Shown: piece by piece, positions 1 through 14,961 of the stretch
How positions within the stretch are numbered: position 1 is the first letter of the stretch
Layout of the letters: each line of letters opens with the position of its first letter
NCBI RefSeq assembly: GCF_964204645.1
Contig: NC_134033.1
Span: forward strand, 7,386,655 to 7,450,654
DNA: 64,000 nt
Direction of reading: 5' to 3'
From: Tubulanus polymorphus
Lineage: Eukaryota; Animalia; Nemertea
Position numbers and translations under genes: made by a program
Notes under the pieces: generated by a model
Databases searched by the model: none
Seen by the model: only the letters and a program-made list of their open reading frames with translations
Told to the model about the DNA's origin: nothing

Positions 1-936
1 TGGTTTAAATTAAAGCAATTTGGTTTAGATTTAATCAATCCAATATTCATATTAAAACCTAATGAATTGCATAATATATTTAATCCTGATATAGCAACTT
101 TTCCTTTTTGTGCAAAGGTTATCTTTTAATACTTAATAAATTTTTAGTACCATCTGCTGCGTAGAATCCAATGAAGAACCATTTTCTTAAATTATCTTTT
201 GCATTTAATACATAATCTGGAACTATCTTTTCTCTTGTTGAAGTATTACTTTTAACTATTGCATGAATATAGAATTCATCATTATATTTTATAGCAAAAT
301 CTTTAGGATTATTTACAAGTATTCTATAAACTGCTGATGATTTCATAACATCCATGATTCTAAATGTTTTATGTGAATAAACTTCTTCACAGAATTTCTT
401 AATTCTTTCTAATAATTTCAAGTCTTGATTGCATAAATACCAACAATATTTATTACCCCAAACATAATTATACACACCTGCTGAACCATCACCCATGAAA
501 AATCCTTTGATAAAATATTCTTTTTCTTCTAATGTTTCGGGTTCTATATTATAAATATTATCAATAATTTCATCAAATGACATATGATTCATTCTTTGGA
601 AAAATCTTTTATGTAATAATTCATCTCCAATTTTTATATCAGTTGGTTTTATTTCATCACCATTTCGTTTAATTAACTATGATCTTCTGTAACATCTACA
701 AACCCTAATTTAGTTCTAACTCTATAGATTTTCTTATTTGTTTTAACCCTAATAATATTCTTTAATTTTTTCCATCCATTTCTTGTCCAAACATCCATTA
801 ATCCATTTATTTGTATTAATTCTTTTTCACCATATGAAATATAACATTCATTTTGTTTTGGAATTATTTCTGAAATTCTTCTTATCAATATTTTATCATT
901 ACATTTTAATAATATTGGGGTGTCAGCTGTTACAGA
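1..936 (-). other. Intein with LAGLIDADG homing endonuclease (partial, frameshifted) in copy 1 PolB
   Basis: LYFD|SVTADTPILL at 936, block B VTEDHS, LAGLIDADG helices GFFMGDG and GFYAADG. Confidence 0.9.
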
Positions 937-3900
937 ATCAAAATATAATATTTCAATATGCTTTTCTCCAAAAAGTGGTTGTAAAACATTATAATAAAAA
1001 TCATACATTAATAATTTTGATACTTCTAAAACAGTTGAACCAATGAATATAGGTTTATTAAATTTCATTGACGTTCTTTTTAATTTAACTGCTGTTAAAT
1101 AATCTTCAAATCTTTTATTACCTAAATGTCTAGGGCTTGATTGTAGGTGTCTTAATCTTTCAGAATTATTTACTAATTCAATATCATTTCTATTTCTAAT
1201 ATTTTCACATGTTTTACCATAAAAACTATTATTCATTAATTTGAAGAAATCTTTTTCAAAATCTGTTTTTGATATGGTTCTCTGTTGAGTATTGAAATCT
1301 ATATATTTTTCTAACCACTTCGATTGATTAAATTCATAATATCTATGTAATTTCTTTAATTTCATTCCTTGTTTTAGATAAAATTTTAACATTCTATAAT
1401 GAACAATATAATTGTATTTATTATTTTGAGTAAGTATTATTTTTTCTGTAAAAACATGATCTTTCGGTTTTATTTTCTTCTGGTATTCACTTAAATAACT
1501 ATCATCTACAGTTAAATGTTCTGGGCAATAGGTAGGTTTCTTGTTTTAAACTTTATATTTTCAGGATATTCTAAATCAACTACAAAGAAATAACCAATTG
1601 GTGCTTCATCTTTTAAACTCGCAATTGCGCTTTCCCAATCAGTTTTATCATCATTTTCAACTTCTGTGAATATAAAATTTTTATATGGTTGAGGTTGCAT
1701 CATTGCCCAACCATATAAATTATTGGCGTCAATATATAATAATTTATATTCATCATTTGCTTTAAAATACCTATCTCCCATAACACCACTAATTCCACCT
1801 CTAATTGATTTTTCAAATAATAAAACCATATCTGGTTCTTTTAATAAATCTAATTCTACATTTGTATATTTTAAACCACATTGCCAGGTTAAACCAGGAC
1901 TAGAGTAGCAATAACAAGGATCAACATTAAAATGATTCAAATCAACTTCTCTAAATTTTTCAAATATGTCAGCCAATATCATAACATCTGATTTTAAATA
2001 TAAATCAACTAATTCACCATGATTTTTCATCTTAAAATGGTTCCAAATATTTAATGTTCTATTAAACACTTCGTCTTTCACATACTCGTCTTTTAATTGA
2101 TCATAAAATTGATCTTTTAATAATTCTGTTACATTAAAATCATTGTGTATTTTATAAAATGAATAAGGAATTGCGCCTTTATATCTCAATAATTTAAAAT
2201 CTTGGTCATTTGGATAATAATATCGAGTTATAACAAAATCATTATCAACTAAACTTTTTGATAAATTATCTAATGAACTTGCTAGAAATCCATAAGAATC
2301 TAAAAATCTAATGCAACCAAATTGAAATGAAATATAATTTTCAGATGTTTTAGCTAATAGTTTAAAATCATATTTTCTTACATTTACACCATTCATAGCA
2401 TTATATTCTTCTATTTCTTGATTAATTGAACCCAATTTCCTTGATAATTGTTTTATAAATAGATGGGTATCATAACCTGATAAATTATGAAATAATATTG
2501 GTACGAAACTAACTTTCTTAGCTTGTAAATTGCAATCTTCATGAGCAGCTCCACGATATTTTGAATTTAAATGATCATGATCTCTAACTTTTTTATCAAA
2601 TAAATAAAAACGTTTTTCACAATAACAACAATGAGTTGCATAATTAAAATCAATTTCATCTTCTTTTGTCATAACTATTCTTTTATTTTCGTTTAATAAT
2701 TTTGCAAAATCACTTTCTAATTCAAAATCCCCATAAATTACAAATGGAACAATATTTTTAAATTTATGATTAGTAAATTTCAATTTATAATCTTTTTCTG
2801 TTGGCATTATTAATTTGCAAAAATCTTTATTATCACATAATTCTTTATGTTTTAACAATGTATTCTCAGTCATAAATTTAGATAAACATTTTCTACATAG
2901 ATAAATTTTATTATGGTGATCACTTTCTGTTCTAAAGAATAAATCAATTTGTTTTAACCACATATAATGTTCATTTTCATCTTTTTTGTAATATAACAAA
3001 TCTATAGCATTTTCATCATCATAATATTCTGTTAAATATAAAGCTTCCAATGTATAATCTTTAATATTTTCACCTTTTGTCTTTGGTAATTGCATTAATT
3101 CAAATACATTTATTTTTAAATTATTAACTTTTTCTATTTTAGGAATCATTTTTATAGTTACTGGATATTGATCAATTTTATATAATGTTTCATATTTCCG
3201 GTAATTTGTTATTCTACAAACTTTTTCCTGTGTTGGATGTAAGCAACTAATAATTGACCATAGAAAACATTTATTATCTTCATTTTGAACATTTATTACT
3301 GCTTTTGTTGTAAATGGTAATTTAATATAAGATGATGCTTTAATATCCTTTTCTGTTGTAAAGTTTGAATCATTTTTAAACATTTTATTACTTTTTGATG
3401 TTTTATTCCTTTTTGTATTATAAACATTTAAATCTAAATATATAATTTCGTTCAATGTTAAGCCAGAACCCTCAAAATATCTTTCTTCAATATGACGTTT
3501 AAATTCATTAAATATTTTTTCTAACTTCTCTTTTATTTGTGTTTTTGAAATTATTTCTTCAGAGTGTGTTTGAATATTATAATTCATTTTTTCTTCTGAC
3601 TTTATAAAACTTACTTTCCCAGGGATACTAATTTTTGGATATTCAACATCTGTTATCAAATCTAGTATTTTTTCTATTATTTCATTAAATTTACTATAAT
3701 CTTCTATTGTTGTACCTTTAAGAAATCTAAATATAATAGCTGCAGGACCAATTTTACTACGTAATGTTTCTAATATTTCAATTGTATCTTTTATTTCTAG
3801 TGAATCAATATAATTTCTAACATTTTCCATGTAAGGTTTATTTGAAATGGATTTAGTTTTTGAAGTTGGTTTTTTTACTCTTTGAGGTTTATCATCAAAA

Positions 3901-4215
3901 TAATCTTTTCCTAAAACATTATTACTCAAATTTTGATGGTGTTTTTGTGATTCGAGATGTCTATTATAATTCCTTTTTACTATAAATTCATTACAAACTT
4001 ACACATTTTATTTCATCCACATTCATATTTTCTAATCTTTCTTTTCTTTCATTGGAATTTTCTGGAGTTTCAAAATCTATTACATTTTTTATATGATTTG
4101 CAGTTTTTTCATGTCGTGTTTTATTAGATGTATCGACGTATTTTTTACAATATTGGCAATAATATTGATTTTTATTAACATTATTATTTTCTGGCTGGTG
4201 TTCATTCTCTCCCAT
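1..4215 (-). pseudogene. polB: Protein-primed family B DNA polymerase (pPolB) with intein, frameshifted
   Basis: ORF pieces 3991-4215, 1512-3929, 673-1392 and 119-592 are collinear with copy 2 PolB. There are 1-nt frameshifts near 3995, 1530, 675 and 120, and an in-frame 264-nt deletion at ~2720. Motifs YIDANNLYG and KLMNNSFYGK are present. Confidence 0.92.
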
Positions 4216-7083
4216 TTATTAGGAAAAAAAATTACTTGTGGTGATGAGTGGTGTCTCGTCCTCTCGTCCTCTGATCTGAACCCCTGATATTCCAATTACT
4301 AGCAATGAAACAAAAATTCCAAAACGAAAAACCAAAATCCCTCATGCTAGTATCCCAAAAACGGGATGGATGAACATGGATGAACATGACATCGGAATTG
4401 AATATCCTTTAATCAATTGATTTCAGGCCATAATAAGGACCGCAATTGAAATCCATGGACTAACAGAAGAAAATTTTAAAACGAAAATTAAAGAAACAGT
4501 CGAAAGAGACAAAATTGAAAAATAAGCGTGATTACGAAAAGAGGTATAGAAATTCAAATCAAACTTTTTATTATCTCATGACAATGCAGTTAATTATTCT
4601 GATGTTCTTGTATATATAGAAAACAACGAAATTCACAAAAATCAAACGGAGATTACATAACACATGAAATTGAGCATGCGTTGGGGGTTATTGGAAGGTG
4701 TAAAGTTTTGAAGAAAAAAGGTATTGTAAAGAGTTTCAAACAATGTGATACTCATGATCATTAGAATTAATCAAGCCTTGATTCTTTGTCTTCAAACTGA
4801 TATTCTTGCGATATCAAATTGTTCGACGATAGATATTTGAAATTTAACCAACGTTTTCAGAGCAAACAACGCTAGTTATAATAACAACAAAAACGACATT
4901 CGGAGATAATTTGAAAATCTCTGCCGACTGGAAAGTAGGGAATCGACGATCCATACCAACAGGACTGATCAAGATCCAAGAATAAGGTATGAAATAGTAC
5001 CCTCACCTTGTTGAGTCAAGAAGATACACAATATCCGTGTAATATGGATGGCGACAAGAATCCCACAATGATTCAGTCACAGATGAAAAATTCTTGAATA
5101 GAAGAATACACATTTGAGCATAAGAGTTGAAGTTTCATCTTTCCCCCACCACTAAACTATGGCATTAGTTTTCATTTTTCCAAGTTTAACTATAAGATTT
5201 GATTTAATTTCTTCAATAATCTAATGCTCGGGACCAAATCTACAGAACAATATCGATATAAAATTGATAGATTTTGAGAATTAGTAATCTGAGTTTCTTC
5301 TTTCGAGTGTCATTGAAAACAATTAATATTCTCAGTGTTCCTATAGTAGGCCTAGTCACTGACAATATTTTGAGTGTTTTTGTTACACTCCATACGTGAA
5401 CGAGGTTGTCTTCAAATGATGTTGCTATGATTTCTTAATCTTAGTCGTATGAAAGATTTAATCAAGCTGCAGTGACGAAGCGTCCGTCACTTAGATTTCA
5501 TCTATTACATATTATAGCATAGGTTAGTCTAATAAATTCATAAAATTGTCTTTGAAATTGATTTGAAATTTCAGAAAGAAAACACAACATGGCTACTAAT
5601 TGAACGGAGTCAAATTTCCGATGTTTACGGCTCGACAGTGCCTTTATAACGTGGATCTATCAAAATTCCCATGCAGTATCTGGAGATTGAAGTGAGCTGA
5701 AGGATATCATACGGATTATATCGGCGACAGCGGTAAGGTAAGGAAGCCTTTACACTTTTAACAAAAACTGTGTGGAAAAGGGGAGAAAAAAAAATAAATA
5801 TAGCTGCGAAGCAGCGATAACGGGTTTTCTGAGCAGGCGTGCTATTCATAGTTTGAAAAGTGGATAATAGAAATATGTCAATACGGGATACGTATTTGAC
5901 GTGTCAAGTCACACCAATGCGGTTTAACATAACATAATTTATAGTTATAGTCAAATTGGGGGTTACTCGGGTCGTTTAGTTGTCTGCGGAGTCGAGTAGA
6001 TTGGTTACCCGTCTGTAACATTGGTTACGGAAACGACTCGTCAGCTTGATGAGTTGTATGTATTATGATTGTGCGCCACCTGCATTTTCCGAAATAATGT
6101 TCATATAATTATTTGAAGGGAGGATTGAAATCAATTATCAACGTACATCTGAATATGTAATAGTCCTTAGTAACTTTCTGTTGCAGAGGGCATAGAAAAG
6201 ATGTTGAAATTATTTAATTAAAATATAAATTTTATTTACGAAAAATAAATTATTATGGTCAGTACAAATTGAAAATTCATAGTGTATTTTTAAGAAGAAG
6301 CTTCCATAGCTTACAGAATACATCACGTACATTTGAATTTTATAAGTGATGGGTAAAAATCAACGTGTGACAGAAAAAAATTTAGTTAATTATTCAACAA
6401 TATCGAAATATGTGCTCTCTTATTAAACTAATGGAGTCATACGCAATTAATCACATGGCCTGTATTAAAAGATAGAACATACAAGTTGGATATTTATAAG
6501 TCGAAACATGTGAACAAAAACTAAAACTATGATGTCAGTATCGAATTACACAACGACAATTGGCTTTAAACTCAACAAACATTATTAAAGAATGTTTCAA
6601 ACAAAATGCTTTATATAACGACATGAATAAACTTGTTTTACAAAACAAGAAAGTACATTCTGAACTTTTGAATGGTCGAATCCCATTTATTCACAGTAAC
6701 CTGTGATGTGGCGATTCTTGGAGCCATCCTTCTTGATGACGTCACTAACAAGTGGTCACGGCCGTCGCGTGCACTCATTTCTTTGAAAATCTAGCTTCCT
6801 CGCGGAGCGGGACCTGGTGACGCTGCGCCCCGCCCCCTTCGCGCTGAGAAATATCTTATGTTCTAAAGATCATAGAGTGCATCGCTGGATGGTTTCCGCA
6901 TATATACATATGTATAATTGAATTTGAATTGGTGCGGTGGCGCTCGCAATGCGGAAGTTTTTGTGAATTTTTCAGTCGGCGACGGACGTTTATCGCTGTA
7001 AGTGATGTAATATGTAAAAAAATGCAGGGAAACCTATCTCAATTTGTTTTTAGCGATGCAGCGGAACTAATAAGGAACATTTT

Positions 7084-7277
7084 GGTAAGATTCGAGAATA
7101 GGGGACTAGTGGTTAGGATTAGGTTTAGAGATAGGTTTAGTTCCCTAATCATCATTAATTACTATATACATTACTATCATTATTATATATCATCATTATC
7201 AATTACTAATATTATTACTTAATTGATTACTATCACTACATATATATTGCTATAGTCCCCTATTCTTGAATTGCACC
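7084..7277. mobile_element. Small MITE-like element
   Basis: Inverted repeat TTCGAGAATAGGGGACTA ... TAGTCCCCTATTCTTGAA around low-complexity GGTTAG/ATT sequence. Confidence 0.5.
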
Positions 7278-10200
7278 CAATACCACGTGGAAAAAAGACC
7301 CAGTCAAAATTGTGCATCACGCTTTGACGAAGATATTGGTTCTAGGCTATACATTTTACGACTCAAACGAATCTTTTCCTCAGCAAAGCCGCTTTTAATT
7401 TGATGCAAAATGAAATTTGCTTTTAAAATGTGTAACTAGGCCTAATCAAAAGGATATTTCAAAAACAAACTTTGCCGGGCCAAGAGCCATATTGAATTCA
7501 ATTTTTTCCGAAGCATTATGCCTCTTTCATCATAACATTATTTATCCTATTTCAAGATCTGAGGCCTACAACTAGAGAGAGGGCCTACGTTGGGTTCAAA
7601 TCGGAATTTAAGATTTATTTCATTTAATTCCAGGTTTTCACTGTAGATTATCGAAGACATGTGGCGTTGTGGGAGTTCATAGTTGTTTGATAATCCATCA
7701 TTTGTAAGTGTAAGGCTATTTGAGGGATTCGAAACCGACATTTTGTAAATTTTGTAGCTTTATTACGTTTAATTCCAGATGTTTATCATGACACGTTTCA
7801 TTTTGGGGCTTTGTCAGCGAGTTGGTATGCTGTCGGCAGAAGTAGTTTGATAATTCGTTTAATGTAAGTAAACAGCTATTTGAAGGATTCGAAACCGAAA
7901 TCTGTATTGTGAATTTTTTAGTTGTATTACTGATTCAAGGTGAATAGGACATGATTCATTTTGGGAGTTTGTCCGCAAGTTTGTATACTGTCAAATGAAG
8001 TTTCTTCGTCAATTTGTCGTATGTAAGTATGAATCTATAGGTTATATATTAGGGATTCGATACAGAAATTTGGTGAATTCCTCAGATTTATTTTAATTTA
8101 TTCCAGGTTGTTGAAAATATGTACTTTATTTCATAGGTTGGTCTTTGATTGAAAACTAAAAATGGATGATAGTTCTAAATTTGATGTTGATTCACATGAC
8201 CAATCTAGTAAGTAAGGCTCACTCGTCTTTTAGAATAAGAGACCTATTGCATTAATCCTTCAATTCAAGTTGCTATACAACCTTTTATACAGATATTTAC
8301 CTTATCAATATAAACATGTATTTGCCATTAGCCATACAATTTAGTAAAACTTTTCCCGTCCAGATTTTGAAACATCATTTGACTCAATTTTTTCTCCTAG
8401 CAAATTGCTTTAGCTCATTCCAATGTTCGCAGTAAAAGCGAATTGTAGCATGTATGGTTCCCATCCATCAATTTTGTCTTGTTTCGTATCTTTAGCGAAA
8501 ATCTGTGAAAAAAAGCCGAGGCAGGTGGTGGCCAGAAAAAGATATATTCTTGGGAAATATTTAAAGACGCATGGCAAACACACTTATTGTTCACTTTTTT
8601 CCTATCCTTATTTTGAAATTGAAGTATTGTAATAAACTATTGATTTATTTTTGTTGATCAACGCAACTAGTTTTGTTGTTTTCTTTCTTAATTTACATTT
8701 GAATTGGATGGTCATCTTGCGTAGGAGTCAGTTTGTCATCGAAGCAATACAGTCTAACTTGTTGACGTCTCAGATGCAGCGGGGCAGGGCGGTCATTATA
8801 TTGTGGACTTATCCAAATTACACTTACACAGCCCAACGTGTTTCAGTGTGTAATCTCCGTCGTACTCGGCATTATAAGACAGTGAGGAATTGAGTTTTAG
8901 TCACCTGAGCCCTCGGCTTGATTCGACCAAAAAGACCTAAACTGACTTCACAGAATTTGATAATGAGTCAAGGATTTTCTAAATTTCTGAATGCTTTCTC
9001 TGGTTTTAAGATCAATTCAAATTCAATCTTCAAAATATTTTATTGAAAGAAATTCTACTGAAGACAGATTCTGAAATGAAGGATATATCCAGGCAAATAA
9101 TTACAGCAAAATCAACTGATGATCATCAAGGTGAAGTTTTCATTCATCTTCGGCTAATTTGTCTACCCCTGATGATTGAAGCATTTTGGTTACTCGTACC
9201 AATTAGTCAGCCACAGTCGATTTTCATGCCATCTGACCTCTTTCCATCCGTAATAAAGCAATCAAATGTAAGAATTACTTAGGTGAGGAGCGAAATACTA
9301 TATAGATATCTTAGGAGACTATTTGAAATCATGAGTTTGTTGTGAAAATCTATTACTACAGTCTCGTAGAGCATAGACACCAAGCCACGTGGCATTGGTA
9401 TTTTAAGGGCTACTAACTCAGTTTACTCCAAAACAAGTCAATGATTAACATTAAAAAAGCTTCATATCAAGGGTATGTCGCAGGACTCGTGACGCCCATG
9501 AATTATCATCCCATAATTACAATGAATCCAATTCTGCATGTTCGTTAGCACGACTGATTACTAATCCAAATATTGCATTACAAAAAAAAATTACGCAAAA
9601 CGTCAAGTACTTACAGCATCTGAGACAGTTGCGCTTAAGTTAGCGTGTTAAGTTACGTCTTTGGCTGTCAATGTCGAAAAAGCCTAATTTGAAACATACA
9701 TTTGCGCACTGTGGTTTAATATTCCTGCAAGAACCCGCAAAGGAATTGAAGACCGGTTCATTCCACGAATAATAGCTGGAAAGAAAGTAATCAAAATAAA
9801 TTGTCATGCACATTCAGTGTAAACCAGGCCATAACTAGCTGCTATTAAGGCATTCCACTGACTGGCTCTACCCATTATATTTAGGGCCTAAATCTATTCT
9901 AGGCGCATCCCCCAAAAAAGCTAGGCATTAAGTAAGTAGCCAACAATGATCATTGCTTCACCGAGTAGGCCTACTCATTTGCTACCATACTCATATTATT
10001 AAAGAAATCATTTAATACATTCCCTGGTTAACGGATTCTCACCTTAAAATACATAAACTCCGCTGTCGTTGTCATCGATCCGAGTCGTCAACTGAACGCG
10101 GAAGTAAAATTCCGTGTGAAAATTCCTACAATTTCTGTCCATATCACGTTGATTTGACCCCGAAATCTTCAGGAAATGTAGCCAACGTAAATTGATTTAC

Positions 10201-10366
10201 GAATAGAATTAATCAATTGACTCATTTTAGAAATCATGGTTTCGTGAAATTCATTAAAGTCCTAAAACTCGCGATAAATTTAAGCCGAAAATGATTTCAC
10301 CGATCCACCATGTTGTTTCATTAATAAAACAATTGTAGCGCGCCGGCGCTGTACTATGATAATGCA

Positions 10367-10438
10367 TGGTTTCACTAGGATTCGGTCCCTCGACCTCTCA
10401 GTTGGGAGTCAAACTCCTTATCCACCATGCCACAGGAC
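10367..10438 (-). repeat. tRNA-derived SINE-like head (Pol III A/B boxes)
   Basis: Reverse-complement copy of 59760-59830, with A box TGGCATGGTGG and a degenerate B box. Confidence 0.4.
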
Positions 10439-11282
10439 AGGACGCTGTTTTATCGTTAGTGGGAGTACCGGACGGGGCGAGTCGCGATTGCTACTATCAT
10501 CCGGTGTTATCTTCAGTAAGTAATCTTAAGTTTAAAATAGGACGGAGAGTGCATAGATATAATCTACGCGGAGCGAATGCGTGTTATATTACTATCAGAA
10601 TTCTACATTTCAATAAGAAGCAGTTAGTTGTCGAATCTGATAGAAGATGAATTTTATGTGCGAAAAAAAAGTGGAAAATATAGCTGCAAAGCAGCGATGA
10701 CGGGTTTTCTGTAAAGCCATTCAGAATGATGGGAATTGTAGTAAATTGAAATATCGATACATAGAATAAAATGCATTGACAGATTCGAACCTAATATGCA
10801 ACCACTGTGTAAACGTCAAATATGATTCAGCTTTGAAACTGAACATACGCGGACGTACAATCACAAATATTAATATATTTGACCAGGCATTTATTTTGGC
10901 ATTCAAACATCATGATACTGTATTATCACCATCCTTAAAAATGGATCTGTCCTATTAAGAACTCATCTTAAGCACCTGCTGAGCCGATAGATTGAGTTAA
11001 TTCACAGATAAGAACGTATTATGATTTAGAATAGATTTAAGAAGTTAATGTTTTTATTGAAATATTTAAATAAATACATATATTGTAGTGTAGATTCAAT
11101 CAATAAATTATGAATTGATTTGGTCTGGGTTTCCGGCTGATGTTGATTTTGGCTTTTATGGATTACAAATTCTATAGTGATAAACAATTGATACCTGTAA
11201 CATGTGTGTTAATCAAACCTATTCCACAAGTTGCGTGTGTTTCCTAATAAACGGGCGAGTCATTCTTGATCTGAGTTATTAG

Positions 11283-11842
11283 AACTATGGGTCCAGGGAC
11301 ACCATGCCCACTTGGGAAGTGGTTCCAAATGCTCAACAATCTAACAATTCAGGTATCAAAGGTATAAATCATCCCTTTTCAAAGAATGCCCATCACAAAC
11401 TGCAATGAGAAATGGCAAACTCAGAATTCGGGCCAAAATTGACATTTTTGGACACTAAAAAAAGGTCATAGGACGGCCATCTTGAGTCCGTATCCCAATT
11501 TTTGTTATGCTGATGGGCCCAGGGGGCATTCACATATATCCGAAAGATCAAGGTAATTGATCAAAGCATCTTCAAAATTTCCCTCAAAAAGTTCAAAAAT
11601 GTGTAAAAAGTGTTGATTTTGGCGAATAACAATGGCTGCCAGTCGGCCATCTTGATTCTGACAGCCAGTTTTTGGGCTGAAGATGTGTCTAGGGTAGATA
11701 CATGTGTAACCCAAATATCAAGACATTACATTGAAGCGTCTTCAAAACTTCCTAAAATAACTGATTTCCGATGACGGATGGACGACGGACGAAAAGTGAA
11801 CGCAATAGCCCGCTGGGACTAAAGTCCCAAGTGGGCTAAAAA
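11283..11842 (-). mobile_element. Short HINE/DINE-1-like (Helentron-derived) element
   Basis: 5' TTTTAGCCCACTTGGGACTTTAGTCCCAGCGGGC hairpin, (GTCC)n microsatellite, 3' subTIR CCAAGTGGGC. Other copies at 14402-14961 and 58326-58868. Confidence 0.65.
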
Positions 11843-12681
11843 TAATGTTCATTTAGTTATAGAAATTCATTGCCTTTTTGGAGTTTCTGTAATAATATTT
11901 GTTCTGCCCTAATTTTTATTACTGACCTAATTTTTATTACTGTATGAACCAATGATATGCTTTGTAAATATGATGTAATAAAATAAATTTGAATTAAATT
12001 TGAACATGAGAAACAAGCATAACTTGTGTTAACTTGTCTTACTTGTCTTTTGTTAACAGTTCCAAAGTTTCAATTACAATCAAATCCAAATTGGCTAATA
12101 AGTACATAGGACTAAATGAAATGAACGGTTAGTTACTGCAAACCTATTCCAGTGTTATGTCGATCGTGTTGAATCACTTTCCTTGAGTTAAAAGAATCAG
12201 ATCTTCTATGGTACAACATCGGTTGAAGAGAGATATCTTGGTGTTGAACATCTAACTTCATGCGTTTGACATTGGAATCAGCATCATACCCATTTGAACT
12301 GCAAAATATTCATACAACATGAAAACCTACAGTACATGTATACAGTAATCAAACTTTCACCGATGTTGGATATTTGAATGAACATTAGGTTTATTTCAGT
12401 ATTCTAAAGCAGGAAATAATAAGCCCAATCAATAGGCCCTATTCCCATTGGAACAATTGTATAATGCGTACAGCTGTACCGTACACTTATCAGTCAAGAA
12501 TGGAGAAATCGGTATACCAAACCTACGAACAGCAAAATGTACAGGCCTACAATGATTTCTGGTATACAAGCCGTGACCACATTGACTATTAATGTCAGCA
12601 GGTCAGAGAAGGCCTGGCCAAATTTAATCACATGGCTCAAATCAATTAGCCTTTCTGTGTGTGAATACTTCACTGTATTGT

Positions 12682-12843
12682 GGGATCATTCATTTATTAC
12701 GTACGCATTAGGGGAGGGGGAGGGGTCAGGGCAATTACGTACTGTAATGCTTAATGTACATGAAAAAATTGCTGATTTTGCGTACAGAGGGAGAGGGGGT
12801 TGAAATAATCAAATTTTATGCGTACGTAATAAATGAATATTCC
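12682..12843. mobile_element. 162-bp MITE (PIF/Harbinger-like), 3-bp TSD TGT
   Basis: TIR GGATCATTCATTTATTACGTACGCAT / ATGCGTACGTAATAAATGAATATTCC. Absent from the paralogous site at ~57535-57545, which has a single TGT. Confidence 0.8.
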
Positions 12844-14401
12844 TGTTTTTAAAATAGGCCTATCGAGTGAATTAGTACATAGACTGAATTAGACTTTAGA
12901 TTTGGCCAGGACTAATCATGCGCAGTGGTTTCCGCCGCATCAATACGGTCACAGGCAAAAGCGAAGCCGTTTCATCCCTTGTTATCTTAATATAGTAAGG
13001 TGTCGCGCCCGCTGATACTGATCCTTAACAGCCAATTGTTTATCAAAACTCTATAGTGGATAAATAAACAACATCAACACGAGGTATTTCTGTGATATTT
13101 TGAATTTATTTGCAGTTTAAATTTAGCGCCATTCTCGCGAGATTATCAACAACCCGGAAGTAAAATCCAAGCCAGTTTAAAAGCCCCTGTGCGATAATCA
13201 CCTGATACTTTTCTGTCGTTTGTTTTCTCTCTCTCTGAGACAAACGTAATTCTAATAGCCCTCCGCGACTCAACGACCTTGATTTAAACTTGATCAATTC
13301 AAAATCTGTTTATTGACGCTTTTGGTTACATGAACTGATCAGCAATATACTTAAATGAAATAACCCGAATAACAACAAATCAAAAATATTAAAGAGGTAA
13401 CCAACAAATGCCCGTAAACCTGTCAGACACGCGAACGCCGGACTCGTAAACTCTTGGACTCGGACCCGCTGAGCAATAAATTCATAAAATTGACTTTGAA
13501 ATTGATTGTGGAGAAGAGAGGGAATAATTCGATAGCTCTTCCTCATAAAGAAGAGAGAAATTTCGGAAAGAAAACACAACATGGCTACTAATTGAACGGG
13601 GCCAAATTTTCGATGTTTACGGCTCGACAGTGCCTTTATAACGTGGATTTATCAAAATTCCCATGCAGTATTTGGAGATTGAAGTGAGCTGAAGGATATC
13701 ATACGGATTGTATCGGCGACAGCGGTAAGGTAAGGAAGCCTTTACACTTTTAACAAAAACTATTTGGAAAAGGGAAAAAAAATAATACTAAATATAGCTG
13801 CAAAGCAGCGATGACGGGTTTTCTGAAAAGCTATTCAGAATGATGGGAATTGTAGTAAATTGAAATATCGATACATAGAATAAAATGCATTGACAGATTC
13901 GAACCTAATATGCAACCACTGTGTAAACGTCAAATATGATTCAGCTTTGAAACCGAACATACGTGGACGTACAATCACAAATATTAATATATTTGACCAG
14001 GCACTTATTTTGGCATTCAAACATCATGATACTGTATTATCACCATCCTTAAAAATGGATCTGTCCTATTAAGAACTCATCTTAAGCACCTGCCGAGCCG
14101 ATAGATTGAGTGAATTCACAGATAAGAACGTATTATGATTTAGAATAGATTAGATTTAAGAAGTTAATGTTTTTATTGAAATATTTGAATAAATACATAT
14201 ATCGTAGTGTAGATTCAATCAATAAATTATGAATTGATTTGGTCTGGGTTTCCGGCTGATGTCGATTTTGGCTTTTATGGATTACAAATTCTACAGTGAT
14301 AAACAATTGATACCTGCAACATGTGTGTAAATCAAACCTATTCCACTAGTTGCGTGTGTTTCCTAATAAACGGGAGAGTCACTCTTGATCTGAGTTATTA
14401 G

Positions 14402-14961
14402 AACTAGGGGTCCAGGGACACCATGCCCACTTGGGAAGTGGTTCCAAATGCTCAACAATCTAACAATTCAGGTATCAAAGGTATAAAACATCCCTTTTCA
14501 AAGAATACCCACCACAAATTGCAATGAGAAATGGCAAACTCAGAATTCGGGCCAAAATTGACATTTTTGGGCACTAAAAAAGGTCATAGGACGGCCATCT
14601 TGAGTCCGTGTCCCAATTTTTGTTATGCTGATGGGCCCAGGGGCATTCACATATATCGGAAAGATCAAGGTAATTGATCAAAGCATCTTCAAAATCTCCC
14701 TCAAAAAGTTCAAAAATGTGTAAAAAGTGTTGATTTTGGCGAACAACAATGGCTGCCAGTCGGCCATCTTGATTCTGACAGGGCCAGTTTTTGAGCTGAA
14801 GATGTGTCTAGGGTAGATACATGTGAAACCCAAATATCAAGACATTACATTGAAGCGTCTTCAAAACTTCCTAAAATAACTGATTTCCGTCTACGGACGG
14901 ACGACGGACGAAAAGTGAACGCAATAGCCCGCTGGGACTAAAGTCCCAAGTGGGCTAAAAA
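14402..14961 (-). mobile_element. Short HINE/DINE-1-like element, copy 2
   Basis: Near-identical to 11283-11842. Confidence 0.65.

Larger units (their letters stand above)
1..4300 (-). mobile_element. Polinton/Maverick copy 1, left end only (runs off window start)
   Basis: Terminus reads AGTAATTGGA on the minus strand from 4300. TIR-like 4206-4300 is similar to the copy 2 TIR, and the following pPolB is near-identical to 25868-30340. Confidence 0.93.

Noticed and set aside
4301-5530. Possible degraded coding or retroelement sequence
   Set aside because: No ORF or motif I can support.
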